A stretch of 64,000 nt of DNA from Octopus sinensis (taxonomy: Eukaryota): NCBI RefSeq assembly GCF_006345805.1, contig NC_043004.1, positions 34,534,001 to 34,598,000 on the forward strand, given 5' to 3'. Below, one piece after another: positions 13,109 to 25,894 of the stretch. The notes beneath the pieces were generated by a model. That model had not been told where the DNA came from. It saw only the letters and a program-made list of their open reading frames with translations, and searched no databases. The position numbers and the translations under genes are program-made. Positions within the stretch are counted from its first letter, which is position 1, and each line of letters starts with the position of its first letter.

Positions 13109-15344
13109 AAAATAAAATCAAAATGATTGATTCTGTTGGCTGTAGGTATGGGATCTTGTGGACTAATTACCTGTGAGATGAAGGAACACTTAAAGCACTG
13201 AGATATGACACTAGTACATGTCCCAGATTAAGGATATTTCACATTGATAAAATTCCCAACTGGAGGTTCCAAATTCTCGCGTTGCAATAGGATACAATTT
13301 GAAATTTAACTTAAAACAAGATATTTAAATGCACTATAATTTTTAAAGTGAAGAATTAATGTCTGTCTCTAAAGATAGATAACTTACCAAAAGCTGTCAA
13401 TGAAAAATATATAATGAATATATCACTCAATACAATGCAGCTGACAAACACCTCCTCTTTTGTCTTATCAAATATGTTAACTGATTTTTCTCTTGGGCAT
13501 TCATCTTGCTGCTTTAATATATCATTTTTGATATATCATTTCCAACGTTTGTCTAGCTCACTGGAGGTTAATTAGTTTAATAGGAAATTATTTCGACAAA
13601 TTGTTTTAAATTTCTTTATTTATGAAATAAAAATTTTAGCTTTGTTCTTGATAAAATTGTAAAATATAGCCATTACCTATAAAACTGTGTAGTTCTACTT
13701 GTACATTGATATTATGAACAATTCGGACAATCAACTAATTCTATAGGGTCATTGCTGCTTCCACAACTGGAACCAAATTGTTGTACAGTCTTTTCCTGAT
13801 TGAACTCATTGTTTTCGTGCTGCCAAGTGGGACATGAAAAATAGCAGCAATATCAATATTTGAAAAATAAATCTTGTTATACATTTTCTATAGTTTTTCA
13901 CAAATCCCTATATTTCATAAAATAAACGTGGTAACTACTAAAATTTATTCTTCCATTTTCATTACAATTCTGGATATACCAGATAATGTATACATTTTAC
14001 CATTACCTTCACAATCCTATCTCAATTTTTGGTTGCTGTATGACGTAGGCAGGGATGATTAGAAAATTTATAACAAAACAATTGTTATCATCATTTTCAG
14101 ATTCAGAGAAAAGCAAGCAAAAACACACAGACAGACAGATAGACAGGCACACACTCACACACACACACACATCTATATTTGGTCGACCCAGGGCTAAAGT
14201 AGAAGAAATTTACCTAGGGTGCTGTGCTGTAGAATTGAACCAGAAAACACATGAGTGAAAAGAAAAAATTCTTAATCACAAATTATTTCTATCCATTTGT
14301 ACTTTTACTTTATTCTATTTCTTACCATTGTTGTTGTTATGGTGCACCAACTTAATCTTGATTGAGCAGACTCTTATGATGAAAAACCATTCCAGATATG
14401 ATTCTACCATCTTCATTTACATCTTAGACTCTACAGTAAACAGTGTCCTTCTCTGTTGTCAGTAGGAAGCATGAGAACAGAGAAGCTGAGACTTGCATGC
14501 ATAATACTATTGAACAAACTCCCAGACAAACTCTCAGAATCTGTGCCACAAAAAATACAATACTTTTATGAAAATATTAGACTATGTCTACTTTTAAAAA
14601 CAATAAAAATGTGCATCTTAGAAGACATTTGTTTCTCAAATATTTGTGCTGCACTAAAAATGTTATGACAGCATTGGAGAGAAATTTCTCAGCAAACCAA
14701 AGCTCATTAAGTGCTTCTTTAGGAGCACAGTGACACAAGAAAGACTAAATGACCGAACCTGATTTGTTACGGGGAACAAACTTGCAGGAGTTTTTGGCTA
14801 AAACAAAATAACCAAATAAATAGAAAAAAAATGAAACAATAAATCTTCCTTTGAAAAATAAAGACACATAAAGCATGTTTTGTTTAGCAATGAGGATTCT
14901 CAGTTCTGCATTAGTAAACTCATTAAAGTAATTGTTGATAATGTGCTTAAAATTTCAATAAATTTTCCAATTAATTAAACATATGTTTACATTTTTTTTT
15001 CTTTTCATAAAATTGTTTTCTTGATTGTTAAAAGCTTTTGTCCATGGAAAATTTCACAAAAGAAATCAGCCATAATTTCACAGCATTAAAATTTGAAAAG
15101 TTGCTAAAACTGTCAAAAGTCATGAATCTTCAGCCAAGAGTTTCTTTGTACCAGGTTTCAGTTCCAGGCTCCACCACTGCACTTGGCAGCTCTAATACTG
15201 GGTCACTCAATAATACCAATCCAACATTTTAGGCTGGTTCTTGTTTACTGATCTTGTAAACGATGCAAAGTAAAGAGGATTTTAGTAGAAAGAAGTGTAA
15301 ATTGAGTGGAACTAAACACACAGGGCATTTTATTTGATACACGG

Positions 15345-15730
15345 ATTTGGTTCAACCAAGCCTGGTTTTGGGTTCAGTCCCACTGTGTGGAAGCTATGAT
15401 ATGATATAGCGTTCTGTGATGTAGCTCCAGGATGACCTAAGTTTAAAGAATGGATCTGGTAGATGGAAACTGAAAGAAGCCTGTCATATGTGTATGCTTG
15501 TGTTTGTGTTTCCTTGTCTTTTAATGAATGTTACCGTCATACAACAGTGTAATTCATTTCCACTATTCTGTGTAAGTATGTCTGGTTATGGTAAAAATAT
15601 TACAATACTAGGAAACAATTGAGAGTTGGTTGCATAAAGGACATGTAGACACAGAACATCTCTCGTAACAAGTTGTGTCTGATCCATGCAAGTGTAGGAA
15701 AATGGACATTAAAGCAATAATGATGTTGAT
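15345..15730 (+). mobile_element. Composite SINE: family A-like head joined to an RTE-type 3' terminus
   Basis: GGGTTCAGTCCCACTG...GGTAGATGGAAACTGAAAGAAGCC (family A), ending GGAAAATGGACATTAAAGCAATAATGATG (RTE-like tail). Confidence 0.55.
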
Positions 15731-15739
15731 ATTTATATA

Positions 15740-16495
15740 CGAGGAGCATTCCAGAAGTTTTCAGACTTTTTTAGTAGAAGCAGTTATAACTATTCTAGAT
15801 TAATGTAATTTTAGTTTATCGTTAACATACATCTAATAAGCTGACCTGCCAAATTTTGTTCTTTCAGACAGAAGGAGATGGCTGTACCAGCACCTTAAGC
15901 ATACCCTACCAAACACTGCTTGTCACAGCTTACAGAATGCAGATAGTATGTTTGGGAGCTCACTAATGCTATAAAGCTTTGTGTTAAACTGGGCAAGAAT
16001 ACTGCAGAAACTAATGAACTGCTCCAGACTGGTCATGGATTAAGTTGTATGAGCTGAGCATCTGTTTTGTCACTGGCAAAAGGGGCCAGGTAACACAAGT
16101 CCACTGGGAAGCTTATAATGATCCCCTTTGTCAACAGCAAGGGCATCATTGACACTCCCTGCACTCCCTCTGGTCCCAGATGGTCAACAAAGTGTACTTT
16201 GTCGGGGTTTTGAGAGAGTCCAAAAAGAGATTTCATCGCAAAAAGTCAGAGCATGTGTACTAGGGCAATTCCATCCTGATAACCAACTACTGGACAGAGA
16301 ATGGCATTAAAACTGTCCCTTCAGTCAAGACCTTGCCCCTTGTGACTTTTGGTTGTTCCTCCAAGTTGAAGGAGAAGATGAAGGAGGCTGTGACAAGGTT
16401 CCTGAGCACCCTCACTTTGGAGGGCTTCCATGGATCCTTCTAAAAATGGCTGATACAATGAGTGAACTGAAGTTAGAGGATCCTAGAGTTTTGTA
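15740..16495 (+). pseudogene. mariner transposase remnant 2
   Basis: TA|CGAGGAGCATTCCAGAAGTTTT TIR-like start, N-terminal AIKLCVKLGKNTAET, C-terminal DLAPCDFWLF (YSPDLAPxD motif) and EKMKEAVTR. Heavily deleted. Confidence 0.8.
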
Positions 16496-17524
16496 CATCT
16501 TTGGCATTCATAAGAGTCACTCCTGAAACAGTTTCAAAATTTCTGGAATGCACATTGTGTGTGTGTGTGTGTGTTGATAAACAAACACATAGAAGCACAC
16601 ACATACAAACACACACATGCACACACGGATACACATAACACAGACACACACAGACACACCCATACATACACACGCATTAATGATTAATGTCCTGGAAAGG
16701 TAGAAAGACAGCATACTTCCAATGCAGCACTCAATCCAAATTTGAGGCTATCTATACTCTTCAGTTGTAGACTTGGCCGTTCAAGAATTTGGACCTGGAG
16801 ATCTCCATTTCCAGCAACTTCGAGGGCCACCACCCAGTGGTGTCAGGCGTCAACAAAGAGCCCTCGACTACAACAAGATGACCAAAGTTTTTTTTTTTCC
16901 AAGGTCTGGGGTCTCCCACCCCTAAGCCCTAAACCATCACCTAATCACCCTTACCCATCTTGTTGCTTAACAACACCAACAATTGTAGTCTTAGGTAAGA
17001 CCTAAATCCTTCAGGTGTCGATAATCCAGGTGCTGCATTGGTAAAATCAATGTGTGGATTCAGTGAAAGAGTAGAACATGATAGTCTGAATAAGAAGACA
17101 AAGAGTTTATCACATCTTTAATGGCCAGTGTCAAATGTGTCTGCCACCAACTCTGTTTCTAACATCAATTTGCACAAAAGTTCTAGGTCCAAAGATCTGT
17201 AAAATTTGCAGTTTAAGCATTGGAGTGGTACTTTATCAGAGTTGCATCAAAGGTGCACGTTTACGTTGTGTCTGCCAAGCACTGAGATAAAATCTTTCTT
17301 CGTCTTCTTGTTTAGATTGCTTATTCATACAGGAGTGCATACGTTTGTCTGCATGTCTGTGCATGCGGACGAATGTCTGTATTAGAGCATCTGATGGCAA
17401 ACGTTGCTTCTTTCAGAGCCAATTCCTGCAGATGTGTAACAACAATTTTCATAGCAATGATGTAATCAGTAAAATTCTGACTTCATGGAATTCAAACTCG
17501 TTGCTATTTTCATAAATTTGAACA

Positions 17525-17567
17525 CTACTACAGCTGCTGCTGCTGCTGCTGCTAATACTACTACTAT

Positions 17568-17601
<34 letters not shown>

Positions 17602-17650
17602 GCTACTACTACTGCTACTGCTACTGCTGCTGCTGCTGTTGTTGTTGTTG
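17525..17650. repeat. Compound trinucleotide repeat (GCT)/(ACT)/(GTT)
   Basis: Seen directly in the sequence. Confidence 0.95.
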
Positions 17651-17770
17651 CTATTCGTTTATTCTTTAACTAGATTTAAGCACTTTAATGGGTCTTGTAC
17701 ATATTTTTTCAATCTCTATTTGTCAAAGTGTTAAGGCAAAGGATATAAAGGTATATAACATAAACAGCAA

Positions 17771-18007
17771 TTCTTTTGTTCTTTTATTTGTTTCAGGCAT
17801 TTGACTGCGGCCATGCTGGAGCACCACCTTTTAGTCAAACAAATCGACCTCAGGACTTATTCTTTGTGAGCCTAGTACTTATTCTGTTGGTCTCTTTTTG
17901 CCAAACCACTAAGTTACAGGGATGTAAACACACCAGCATCAGTTGTCAAGCAATGGTGGGGGGGGGGGGGGCAAACACAGACACACAAACGCACACACAC
18001 ACATATA

Positions 18008-18054
<47 letters not shown>

Positions 18055-18190
18055 GAGCTTCTTTCAGTTTCCATCCACCAAATCCACTCACAAGGCTTTG
18101 GTCAACCCAAGGCTACAGTAGAAGACACTTGCCCAACGTGCCATGCAGTGAGACTGAACCCAGAACCATGTGGTTGGTAAGCAAGCTACA
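17771..18190 (-). mobile_element. tRNA-derived SINE, family A
   Basis: Reverse complement of the 197-595 element, including its internal TA tract. Confidence 0.85.
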
Positions 18191-18195
18191 TACCT

Positions 18196-18425
18196 ATTTC
18201 TTTATTACCCACAAGGGGCTAAACATAGAGGGGACAAACAAGGACAGACATAGGTATTAAGTCGATTACATCGACCCCAGTGCGTAACTGGTACTTAATT
18301 TATCGACCCCGAAAGGATGAAAGGCAAAATCAACCTTGGCAGAATTTGATCTCACAACGTAACGACAAGCGAAATACCGTTAAGCATTTTGCCCGGCGTG
18401 CTAACGTTTCTGCCAGCTCTCCGCA
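18196..18425 (-). mobile_element. tRNA-derived SINE, family C
   Basis: The reverse strand matches GAGCTGGCAGAAACGTTAGCACGCCGGGC...TTGCCTTTCATCCTTTCGGGGTCGATAAA. Same family at 27480, 41005 and 51075. Confidence 0.8.
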
Positions 18426-19020
18426 AGCTACATACCACACATCCATTAGTTTCTTTTTAATTCTGTTGCCAAAAAGAAAATTAAAGTTATTTTTAAATGG
18501 TATTATACACACCATCACTTAGTGATTCCATATACATCAAGTTATACACCCTGTCATCTAATTGTTCTGTATGTATAAGGTTATGCTCCCAGTCAGCCGG
18601 TTGTTCTACACATATTCTACACTCACTCTGTCAATAGTCTTGTATGCAAATGCGAGTCTGTTCTCTGATGTTACCATTTTAGATGTTGATAAAAACTGCA
18701 GCCATTAATTAACTCTTGCAATGCAGGAATGGTGCTAGATTCCATAAAGACTAAAAGAAAGAAAACCAAAAAAAGAGAAAGCAATAAATTAATTAAACTA
18801 ATAATAAATTATTTCAAATTGTCGTAAATTTCAATTATTTCCTATTGATTAGTTGTCAATAATACATAAATGGAAATAAGTGAGAATGTGTGTGTGTGTG
18901 TGAACGTGTGAATGTGTTTGTGTGAATATACCTTTGTGAGTGTGCCTAAGATTGTAACCTTGTGTTTGTGTGTGCGTATGTAGTGTGTGAGTGTATGTGT
19001 GTGTAAATGCATGTATGGGT

Positions 19021-19325
19021 GTCATCATCATAATCATCATCATCGTCATTTAATGTCCGCTTTCCATGCTGGCATGGGTTGGACGGTTTGACTGAGAACT
19101 AGCAGGCCAGGAGGCTGCACCAGGCTCCAATCTGATCTGGCAATGTTTCTAAAGCTGGATGCCCTTCCTAATGCCAACCAGAGCTAGAGTGAAGTGGGTG
19201 CTTTTTACATGGCACAGGCACAAGAACCAGTCAGGTGGCACTGGCATTCACCACACTCAAATGGTGCTTTTTACATGCCCCCAGCGTGGGTGCTAGTGAG
19301 GCAGCACTGGCATTGGCCACACCTA
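19021..19325 (-). mobile_element. RTE 3'UTR-type repeat with (TGA)n tail
   Basis: (CAT)n-TTTAATGTCCGCTTTCCATGCTGGCATGGG, with GGTGCTTTTTACATG subrepeats. Confidence 0.8.
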
Positions 19326-20132
19326 ATTGACTGTCATTGTTCCACCACCAAGTCACCTTGGATCAAGTGGGGACTTTGTACCAGCCATAGATCTGATCAA
19401 TAGTCCTCAACATGTTGGTCCCATAGGAACATCCAGTTCTAGACAGGAATGGAGGGGAAGCATTCTGTACAGGTAACTGTTAGAGGTGCTTAGGAGAAAG
19501 ATATCCGGTAGAAGTTAGAGAGAAAATACTTCCACTAGAGGTGGTGGGGGTGGGTTGGGAGGGCACCCTACAGAGCAACAAAACACTATAATTGCCCTAT
19601 CCCCTAACTGAAGCCAATGAAGCATAGACCCAGACAAAGCGAAAGCCACTAATTAACAATCAACATGGCAAAGCAAGTGGGTAACGAACTGGGAGAGAGC
19701 AAGAGGGTGAAATTTTTGAGAATTGTGGCTACAGTCGAGGAAACAGTGGAACTTTTGGATAAGAAAGTGGGTAACAGACAAACAAATGAAGAAATGGGAT
19801 TTTCGAGATTTAGAGCAAGAGTAAACAGAATTGAACAATTAGATTTTGTGAGTTTGCCATGACACAGAATAAACGAAACTTTGTGGCTAAATAGATAACT
19901 AAAGGAATAGCAGTAATAATTATGAGTGCTAAAGTGAGCGGGAATTGAATATAGGGTTTCTTAAGTTTACTGTAACACACAGCATGGGGTAAACAGAAGT
20001 GTGCGTGTGTGAGTTAATGCATGTGTGTTTGCACACACATGTGTATGTGAGTGAATAAGTGTATGTATGTGTGAATGTGTGCATATGTATGTGTGAATGT
20101 GTGTGTGTGTGTTTGTGGTGTGTGTGTGTGTG

Positions 20133-20163
<31 letters not shown>

Positions 20164-20796
20164 GTCCAGTATTTCTTTCCCTAACCCATAATAAGATAAA
20201 AACCAGTCATTACTTGATAATGTTCTTCCTCATGAAATGGACAACAATTAGAACTGTTAAGAACAACCTCAACTTCTGGAATGTCTTCACATATTTTGAC
20301 ATGTCTTTAGACAGATTGGATGAGAATGCTCTAATAATTCAATTCTGTGGCTTCTTTTAAAAGTTTCAAGATTGATGTTCGGACATTTTGAAAAATAACC
20401 AAGTAAGCTAATGAACGAGTCGTCATCATCATCATCATCATCACTATCACTATTACAAGAAGACGTCTTGCGAAACAGAGTTTATTTCAATGATTATTAC
20501 CTTTTGAAATCATCTGAGGAGACACATCTATGCTGAGGGATACACCTAAACCAGATGTTCAGCATCCCACCCACAAGGGATCAATGACAGATGTGATCAA
20601 TAAAGATTCTCGTATCTTCCATCTTCCTTCTCTCTCACTAATCAAATGTGTGTGTTTGTGTGTGTATATATATATATATATATAGGTATGTATATATATG
20701 TGTATATATTTGCAGTGGCCTATATATATATATATATATATAGGTATGTATATATTATATGTATATAAATATATGTGTATATATATATTATATATT

Positions 20797-20851
<55 letters not shown>

Positions 20852-21065
20852 GTGCATATATATATATATATATATAAATCATTTTCTAAAATATTGTAGG
20901 ACTGATCAAAGCCCTGTAAATAGATTTGAAAGAAGACTTCTAAATGTATGTATGCACATATATACATATGACCTTTGTGATAAATAAAATTTCCATCATA
21001 TTCTATTTTCCATATTAGTTTTTTCTACGTATGTATATGTGTGTTTGTGTGTGTGTATATATATA

Positions 21066-21101
21066 CAATAGTACCTTGGTTTTCAAACACCTCTGATCAT
21101 G

Positions 21102-21132
<31 letters not shown>

Positions 21133-21183
21133 GAAGCACAATTTGTTTGTGATCAGAGGCGCTCAAAAACCAGGGTACTACAG
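21066..21183. mobile_element. Tigger/pogo-like MITE remnant with ~40-bp TIRs
   Basis: TA|CAATAGTACCTTGGTTTTCAAACACCTCTGATCATGAACAAAT pairs with ATTTGTTTGTGATCAGAGGCGCTCAAAAACCAGGGTACTACAG|TA. The centre is a (TA)n tract. Confidence 0.75.
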
Positions 21184-21477
21184 TATACTTATATATGCAT
21201 ATACATGTATGTATATATATACATATGTGTGTGTGTTTGTGTGTATATACACACACATACATTATATGGACAATATTTTAAACTGAGACATTATGATCGT
21301 ATCCAATTCTTCAAGTGCTTTCTTTCTGTGTCTGTACATTTATTTACTAAATTGCTGACATTTACTAATGGTTGTTGTTTTTTTTTCCTTTGTGTTGATG
21401 TGCCATTTTCTATCATTAATAAGACTGTCAACATCTTTGACAATATAAGAGTGCAAGTATATATATAAAAGAGATGC

Positions 21478-21865
21478 ATGTAGGAGTGGCTGTGTGGTAA
21501 GAAGCTTGCTTACGAACCACATGGTTCCAGGTTCAGTCCCACTGCATGGCACCTTGAGCAAGTGTCTTCTACTATAGCCTCGGGCCGACCAAATACTTGT
21601 GAATGGATTTGGTAGACGGAATCTGAAAGAAACCTGTTGTATGTATGTATGTATGTATGTATGTATGTATGCATGTATGCATGTATGTATGTATGCATGC
21701 TGGTGTGTTTATGTCCCTGTAACTTTGTGGTTTGGCAAAAGAGACTGATAGAATAGGTACTAGGCTTACAAAGAATAAGTCCTGGGGTCGATTTGCTCGA
21801 CCAAAGGTGGTGCTCCAGCATGGCCACAGTCACATGACTGAAACAAGTAAAAGAGTAAAAGAGTA
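21478..21865 (+). mobile_element. tRNA-derived SINE, family A (full length)
   Basis: GGAGTGGCTGTGTGGTAAGAAGC...GACTGAAACAAGTAAAAGAGTAAAAGAGTA. Confidence 0.9.
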
Positions 21866-21894
21866 TGTCTGTCAGGGAATTTATTGAAGTCATT

Positions 21895-22125
21895 TTAAGG
21901 CATTAGCGTTCAGTTTACTCTAGCAAATGTAATGCATAATAATAATTCAAATTGTTTTGAATTAATTATGTTATATGTTGTAGCCAAGAGATTTTGACAA
22001 TGGGAATGTTTATTTTTAGAATGACATGTTTGGGTAGGTGTGAGAAGCCAAATCTAGCTGGTTTGAAAATAAAACTAGAAAAATATTTGGACTGGATATG
22101 GTTGATTTAAATTCTAATGAGTTAA
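21895..22125. mobile_element. piggyBac-like MITE, second copy (inverted relative to 10627)
   Basis: TTAA ends; internal sequence is the reverse complement of 10627-10857 (GCAAATGTAATGC, TTTAGAATGACAT, GGTTTGAA). Confidence 0.65.
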
Positions 22126-22431
22126 ACAATTGTTGAGCACCAAAACATAAAAAACAATAAAATTTCGTTGTTAGATTTAGCATTTCAACAATTGCATGAA
22201 ATTACGAAAAAATTTTATGAAAAAATTTTAAAAACCTTTAATTGATTTTGTTATTTAATTCTCAGATTTCTGTCTTAATTATGATTGTCTTCTTAATATG
22301 TGGCTTGATGTAGGAGGGAGATTTTTCCATTTATTTCTCACAAATGACTTTTTCAGAAATAGAAATACAGATTCATGCTTAATTACTGCTGATAAATTAA
22401 TGCAATCATACATACACACATATATTTATAG

Positions 22432-22716
22432 ATCATCATCATCATCACCATCATCTAAAGTCTGTTTTCCATGCCGTAATTGTGGCTGGTACCAGTGACA
22501 CTCAACAGCTTCTGTGCTGGTGACACATAAAAGCACCAACCACACTCCATGGAGTGATATTAGCATTAGAAATGGTATCCAGCTGTAGAAACCAAAGCAA
22601 ATCAGACCGGAACCTGGTGCAGTTCCCTGGCTTGCTAGTTCCTGTCAAACTTTCTAACCCATGTCCACATGGAAAGCAGACATTAAATGAGGATGATGAT
22701 GATGACGATGATGACC
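22432..22716 (+). mobile_element. RTE 3'UTR-type repeat with an inverted copy of its 3' terminus on the left
   Basis: Left: (CAT)n-CTAAAGTCTGTTTTCCATGC (minus-strand terminus). Right: CATGGAAAGCAGACATTAAATGAG(GAT)n. Confidence 0.7.
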
Positions 22717-23076
22717 ACGACGCATCTTCAGATTTCACCCAAGGGACACTTAATATTGCTTCGATAGTGCCCCAAAAGACCATCCACTATAGCAAGCTGA
22801 CCATAAATGATTACTTTGGCAATGCCATCATTCAACATTTCACTCACTACTTGATCACATCAGTGAATTGACATCGGTAAAACCTGCAGATCACTGATTT
22901 AACAGCAAGGTTTGACTTTGCTATTGAGTATTAGCTTTTATTGACGCCAATAATTTATCAAATTAAATTCAAAAATGTGCTTTGTAATATGCAAATCAGT
23001 CAACCTAAATTTTCATAAGTCCTTTGTAATAGTGATTAGATAAGCAATGTCTGTATGAACATTGAAAAGTCACAAA

Positions 23077-23583
23077 TCATCATCATCATCATTGTTCGAC
23101 CGTGGTCGAGACAATGGAATTTACCATGCTACGCCAGACTTCACGGTCCATCATGGCATTACAGAGGTCCTGTTGCTGGATGCCTGTATCACTGGAGATT
23201 ACATCAGGGTAGGAGAGTGTGTGCCCTCTCGCATTGCGAGTAGATGGCTTCCAGAGGAGGAGAGAAGAAATTACCTCTTTTTCAGCTCTACAACAATGTC
23301 CAGCAAACTGGACTCTCCTACCTTTCACAAGAGATGACACAGTTGGTAGTTTCCCATATATATGCATTTTGGTTGGATGGCGCTTCCACAAGAGATTTTG
23401 AGCTCTCAAAAGGAGGCGAGTGTAGGTTCCATCCAACCACCTCTCAAGCCTCTTTGATAACGTCCAGGTTTCTGAGCCATATAGTAGAATTGGTTCAACT
23501 GTGGCTTTGAAGATTTCAAGTTTGAAGTCTCTACTTAGATTTGATGACCAGATCTTATGCATGTCATTACAGGCTGACCAAGT
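23077..23583 (-). pseudogene. 5'-truncated RTE-group (RTE-X-like) LINE 3' end
   Basis: Open frame WSACNDMHKIWSSNLSRDFKLEIFKATVEPILLYGSETW...RRVQFAGHCCR...MMDREVW. The stop is followed directly by (TGA)n. Confidence 0.85.
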
Positions 23584-23829
23584 CACAAATAAAATACCAA
23601 TACAGTATTGAACCAATGATTCCTGGCTCCGTTTCTTTTTATGATGATATTGTATTGATATACAGGGATAAAGTGTTGGCAACTGTCATATTACAAACAT
23701 ATTAAAGACACACACTGTGTGTATGAGTATGTGTAGTATCACATTGTAATGCAACAAAATGGTGGAAAGGTCGCTCTAATTTATTAACTCAACTAGTTCC
23801 CAAGAATACATTATAATATGCAAGTACAC

Positions 23830-24140
23830 ACACAGAGGCACACACAAATACATATATGTGTATATATGTATATATATGTGTGTGTATGTACATATATGTA
23901 TAAAATGTATGTGTATATATGTATATATATGTGTGTGTATGTACATATATGTATAAAATGTATGTGTATATATAGATGTGTATGTGTGTATTTCTATATA
24001 TATATAAGCACATACATTTTCTTATATAAGCGAGAGTATTTATGTGTGTGTGGGTATGTTTATATATGTATAAAACGTATGTGTATATATAGATGTGTAT
24101 GTGTGTATATATATATAAGCTCATATATTTACTTATATAA
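23830..24140. repeat. TA/TG-derived minisatellite with ~52-bp and ~105-bp duplicated blocks
   Basis: Repeated GTACATATATGTATAAAATGTATGTG and ATAGATGTGTATGTGTGTAT...CTTATATAAG blocks. Confidence 0.7.
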
Positions 24141-24739
24141 GTGAGTTTGTGTGTGTATGTGTGCTAGTCAGTGTGTGTGTGTGTTGCACACATATATTCC
24201 TGTGTGTCTCTGTTTGTGCAATCTCCCAACTCCTTTTCATATCATTTAATTTTTGGCTGCACTTACCTACCGTACTTATGGGTTGTTGTCCTTCTGGGAA
24301 CCCCTCATCAATTTATTTCCCTTTTATCTTCACTCTTATTTCATAATCCCCTACCACCACCACCACCACCAACCTGTCATAATCGTCTTCTATCCATCTA
24401 TCTATCAGTCTATCTATCAAATTATCTTTTGTTTTACTTTACTGTTTGAACTTGTAATAGATATTTTCTGTCTTTTTTCAATATTGTATTCTACTTCTTC
24501 TATGTATTCATTCCTCCTCCTCCTCCTCCACATCATCATCATCACCACCACCATCGCCACAAAACTGTTATTGCCCATTTCAGTTTATATATTTTGTATC
24601 AATACACTTCCCTCTAAGTGCAGGTTTATAATAAGCAACGCAAGCAGGCTTCTGCAGTTCCCAGTTAATTCACAAATAAAACAATTTGCTTTTTGCTGGA
24701 TTCACATTTTAGCAAAACACACACAAACATATTATAAAG

Positions 24740-24790
<51 letters not shown>

Positions 24791-24805
24791 ATATGTATGT
24801 ATGTA

Positions 24806-25333
24806 CTAAAGAATAAGGGTAGGAATTAATATCTATCAATTAAAACAAGTGGTGTGGTATATTTTTAAAAAATCCAAAGATTAAAAATTGTGTTACATAC
24901 AAAATTAAGAGGAATGACCACTAACGTGGATACCTAATATGCTAAATATAGACGTCAAATCGCTAATACCATGAAGAATGTGTTCTCAAGAAAAATCTCA
25001 GCAAAACGCCAAAATGTAAAAATGAGAAAGACAAATGAAAATTTCTGAGCATTCTGTATCTAGTTCTGGAAATTGTGTTTTGTAAGCGACAGACTACATT
25101 GACGATCTTGCAGATATCTGCGTGTTTGGATATGTAGATATTAACAAGTGAAACCATTGGTACGTAGGCAATCGTTTTTATTTCATATGTTTTCATCTGT
25201 CTTGCTCATTTTTACATTTTGGCGTTTTGCTGAGATTGTCCTTAAGAACACATTCTTCATGGTAATGGTGATTTGACGTCTATGTTTAGCATATTAGGTG
25301 TCCACTTTAGTGGTCATTCCTCTTAATTTTGTA
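24806..25333 (+). mobile_element. Fold-back element (~144-bp inverted arms) enclosing a degenerate hammerhead; probable Penelope pLTR derivative
   Basis: 24898-25041 is the reverse complement of 25190-25333, with some mismatches. (TA)n on both sides, HHR fold in the spacer, and the left arm extends ~90 bp beyond the right arm. Confidence 0.7.
25094..25167 (+). ncRNA. Degenerate type I hammerhead ribozyme
   Basis: CTACA-TTGACGA-[TCTTG..GATATCTGC/GTAGATATT..CAAGT]-GAAA, stem III ACC-ATT-GGT, cleavage triplet GTA, then CGTAG. C3 and the base of stem II are mutated. Confidence 0.6.
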
Positions 25334-25341
25334 TATATATA

Positions 25342-25401
<60 letters not shown>

Positions 25402-25587
25402 ATATATATATATATATGAGTGTGTGTGTGTATGTATATATATATATATATTTATATAGTTACAATGAGAATATTTAGATCTCTTATATGGATATTTTTA
25501 TCCAAGGTACACTGGTTTAACATATTAAGTTTTGAAGAGATATTTCTTCAATGAATATATTATATGAAATATTCTAAAATATCAAAT

Positions 25588-25894
25588 ATTATTATTAAGT
25601 TTGAAAACGGAGAGATCTAATGGCTACAAATTAATATTTTAATTGATTAACATATTCACCTATAATTGTTTCATTTCTCAACCAAAATTAAAACTACAAA
25701 ACATATATAAATATATATATTCTTGCATTTTAAAATACCTTGGATGGAAAATCATTAGGGTGTACAAAGGACGATTCAAGGATTATATTATGATCCATTG
25801 AAACACTCAGAATATATCATCTGAATATTGCAGTTGAATATGTTAATTAATTAATAAATTAATTTGCATTCATTAGATCTCTCTGTTTTCAAAC

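Noticed and set aside
20898-20935. CTGATCAAAGCCCTG...TTGAAAG hammerhead-like motif
   Set aside because: The core is mutated, and no stem I or stem III pairing could be built.
24253-24816. 187-aa plus-strand ORF
   Set aside because: Low-complexity sequence with CAC, CTC, CAT and TA runs, an alternative start codon, and no domain signal.
24898-25333. Simple Tc1/mariner MITE with TA TSD
   Set aside because: Not excluded, but the asymmetric arm extension, the internal HHR fold and terminal similarity to the 30-kb family favour a PLE-type inversion.
25760-25830. Hammerhead in the spacer of the 25588-25905 fold-back
   Set aside because: A hairpin (GGAT/ATCC) is present, but no strand gives CUGANGA plus GAAA in the right geometry.
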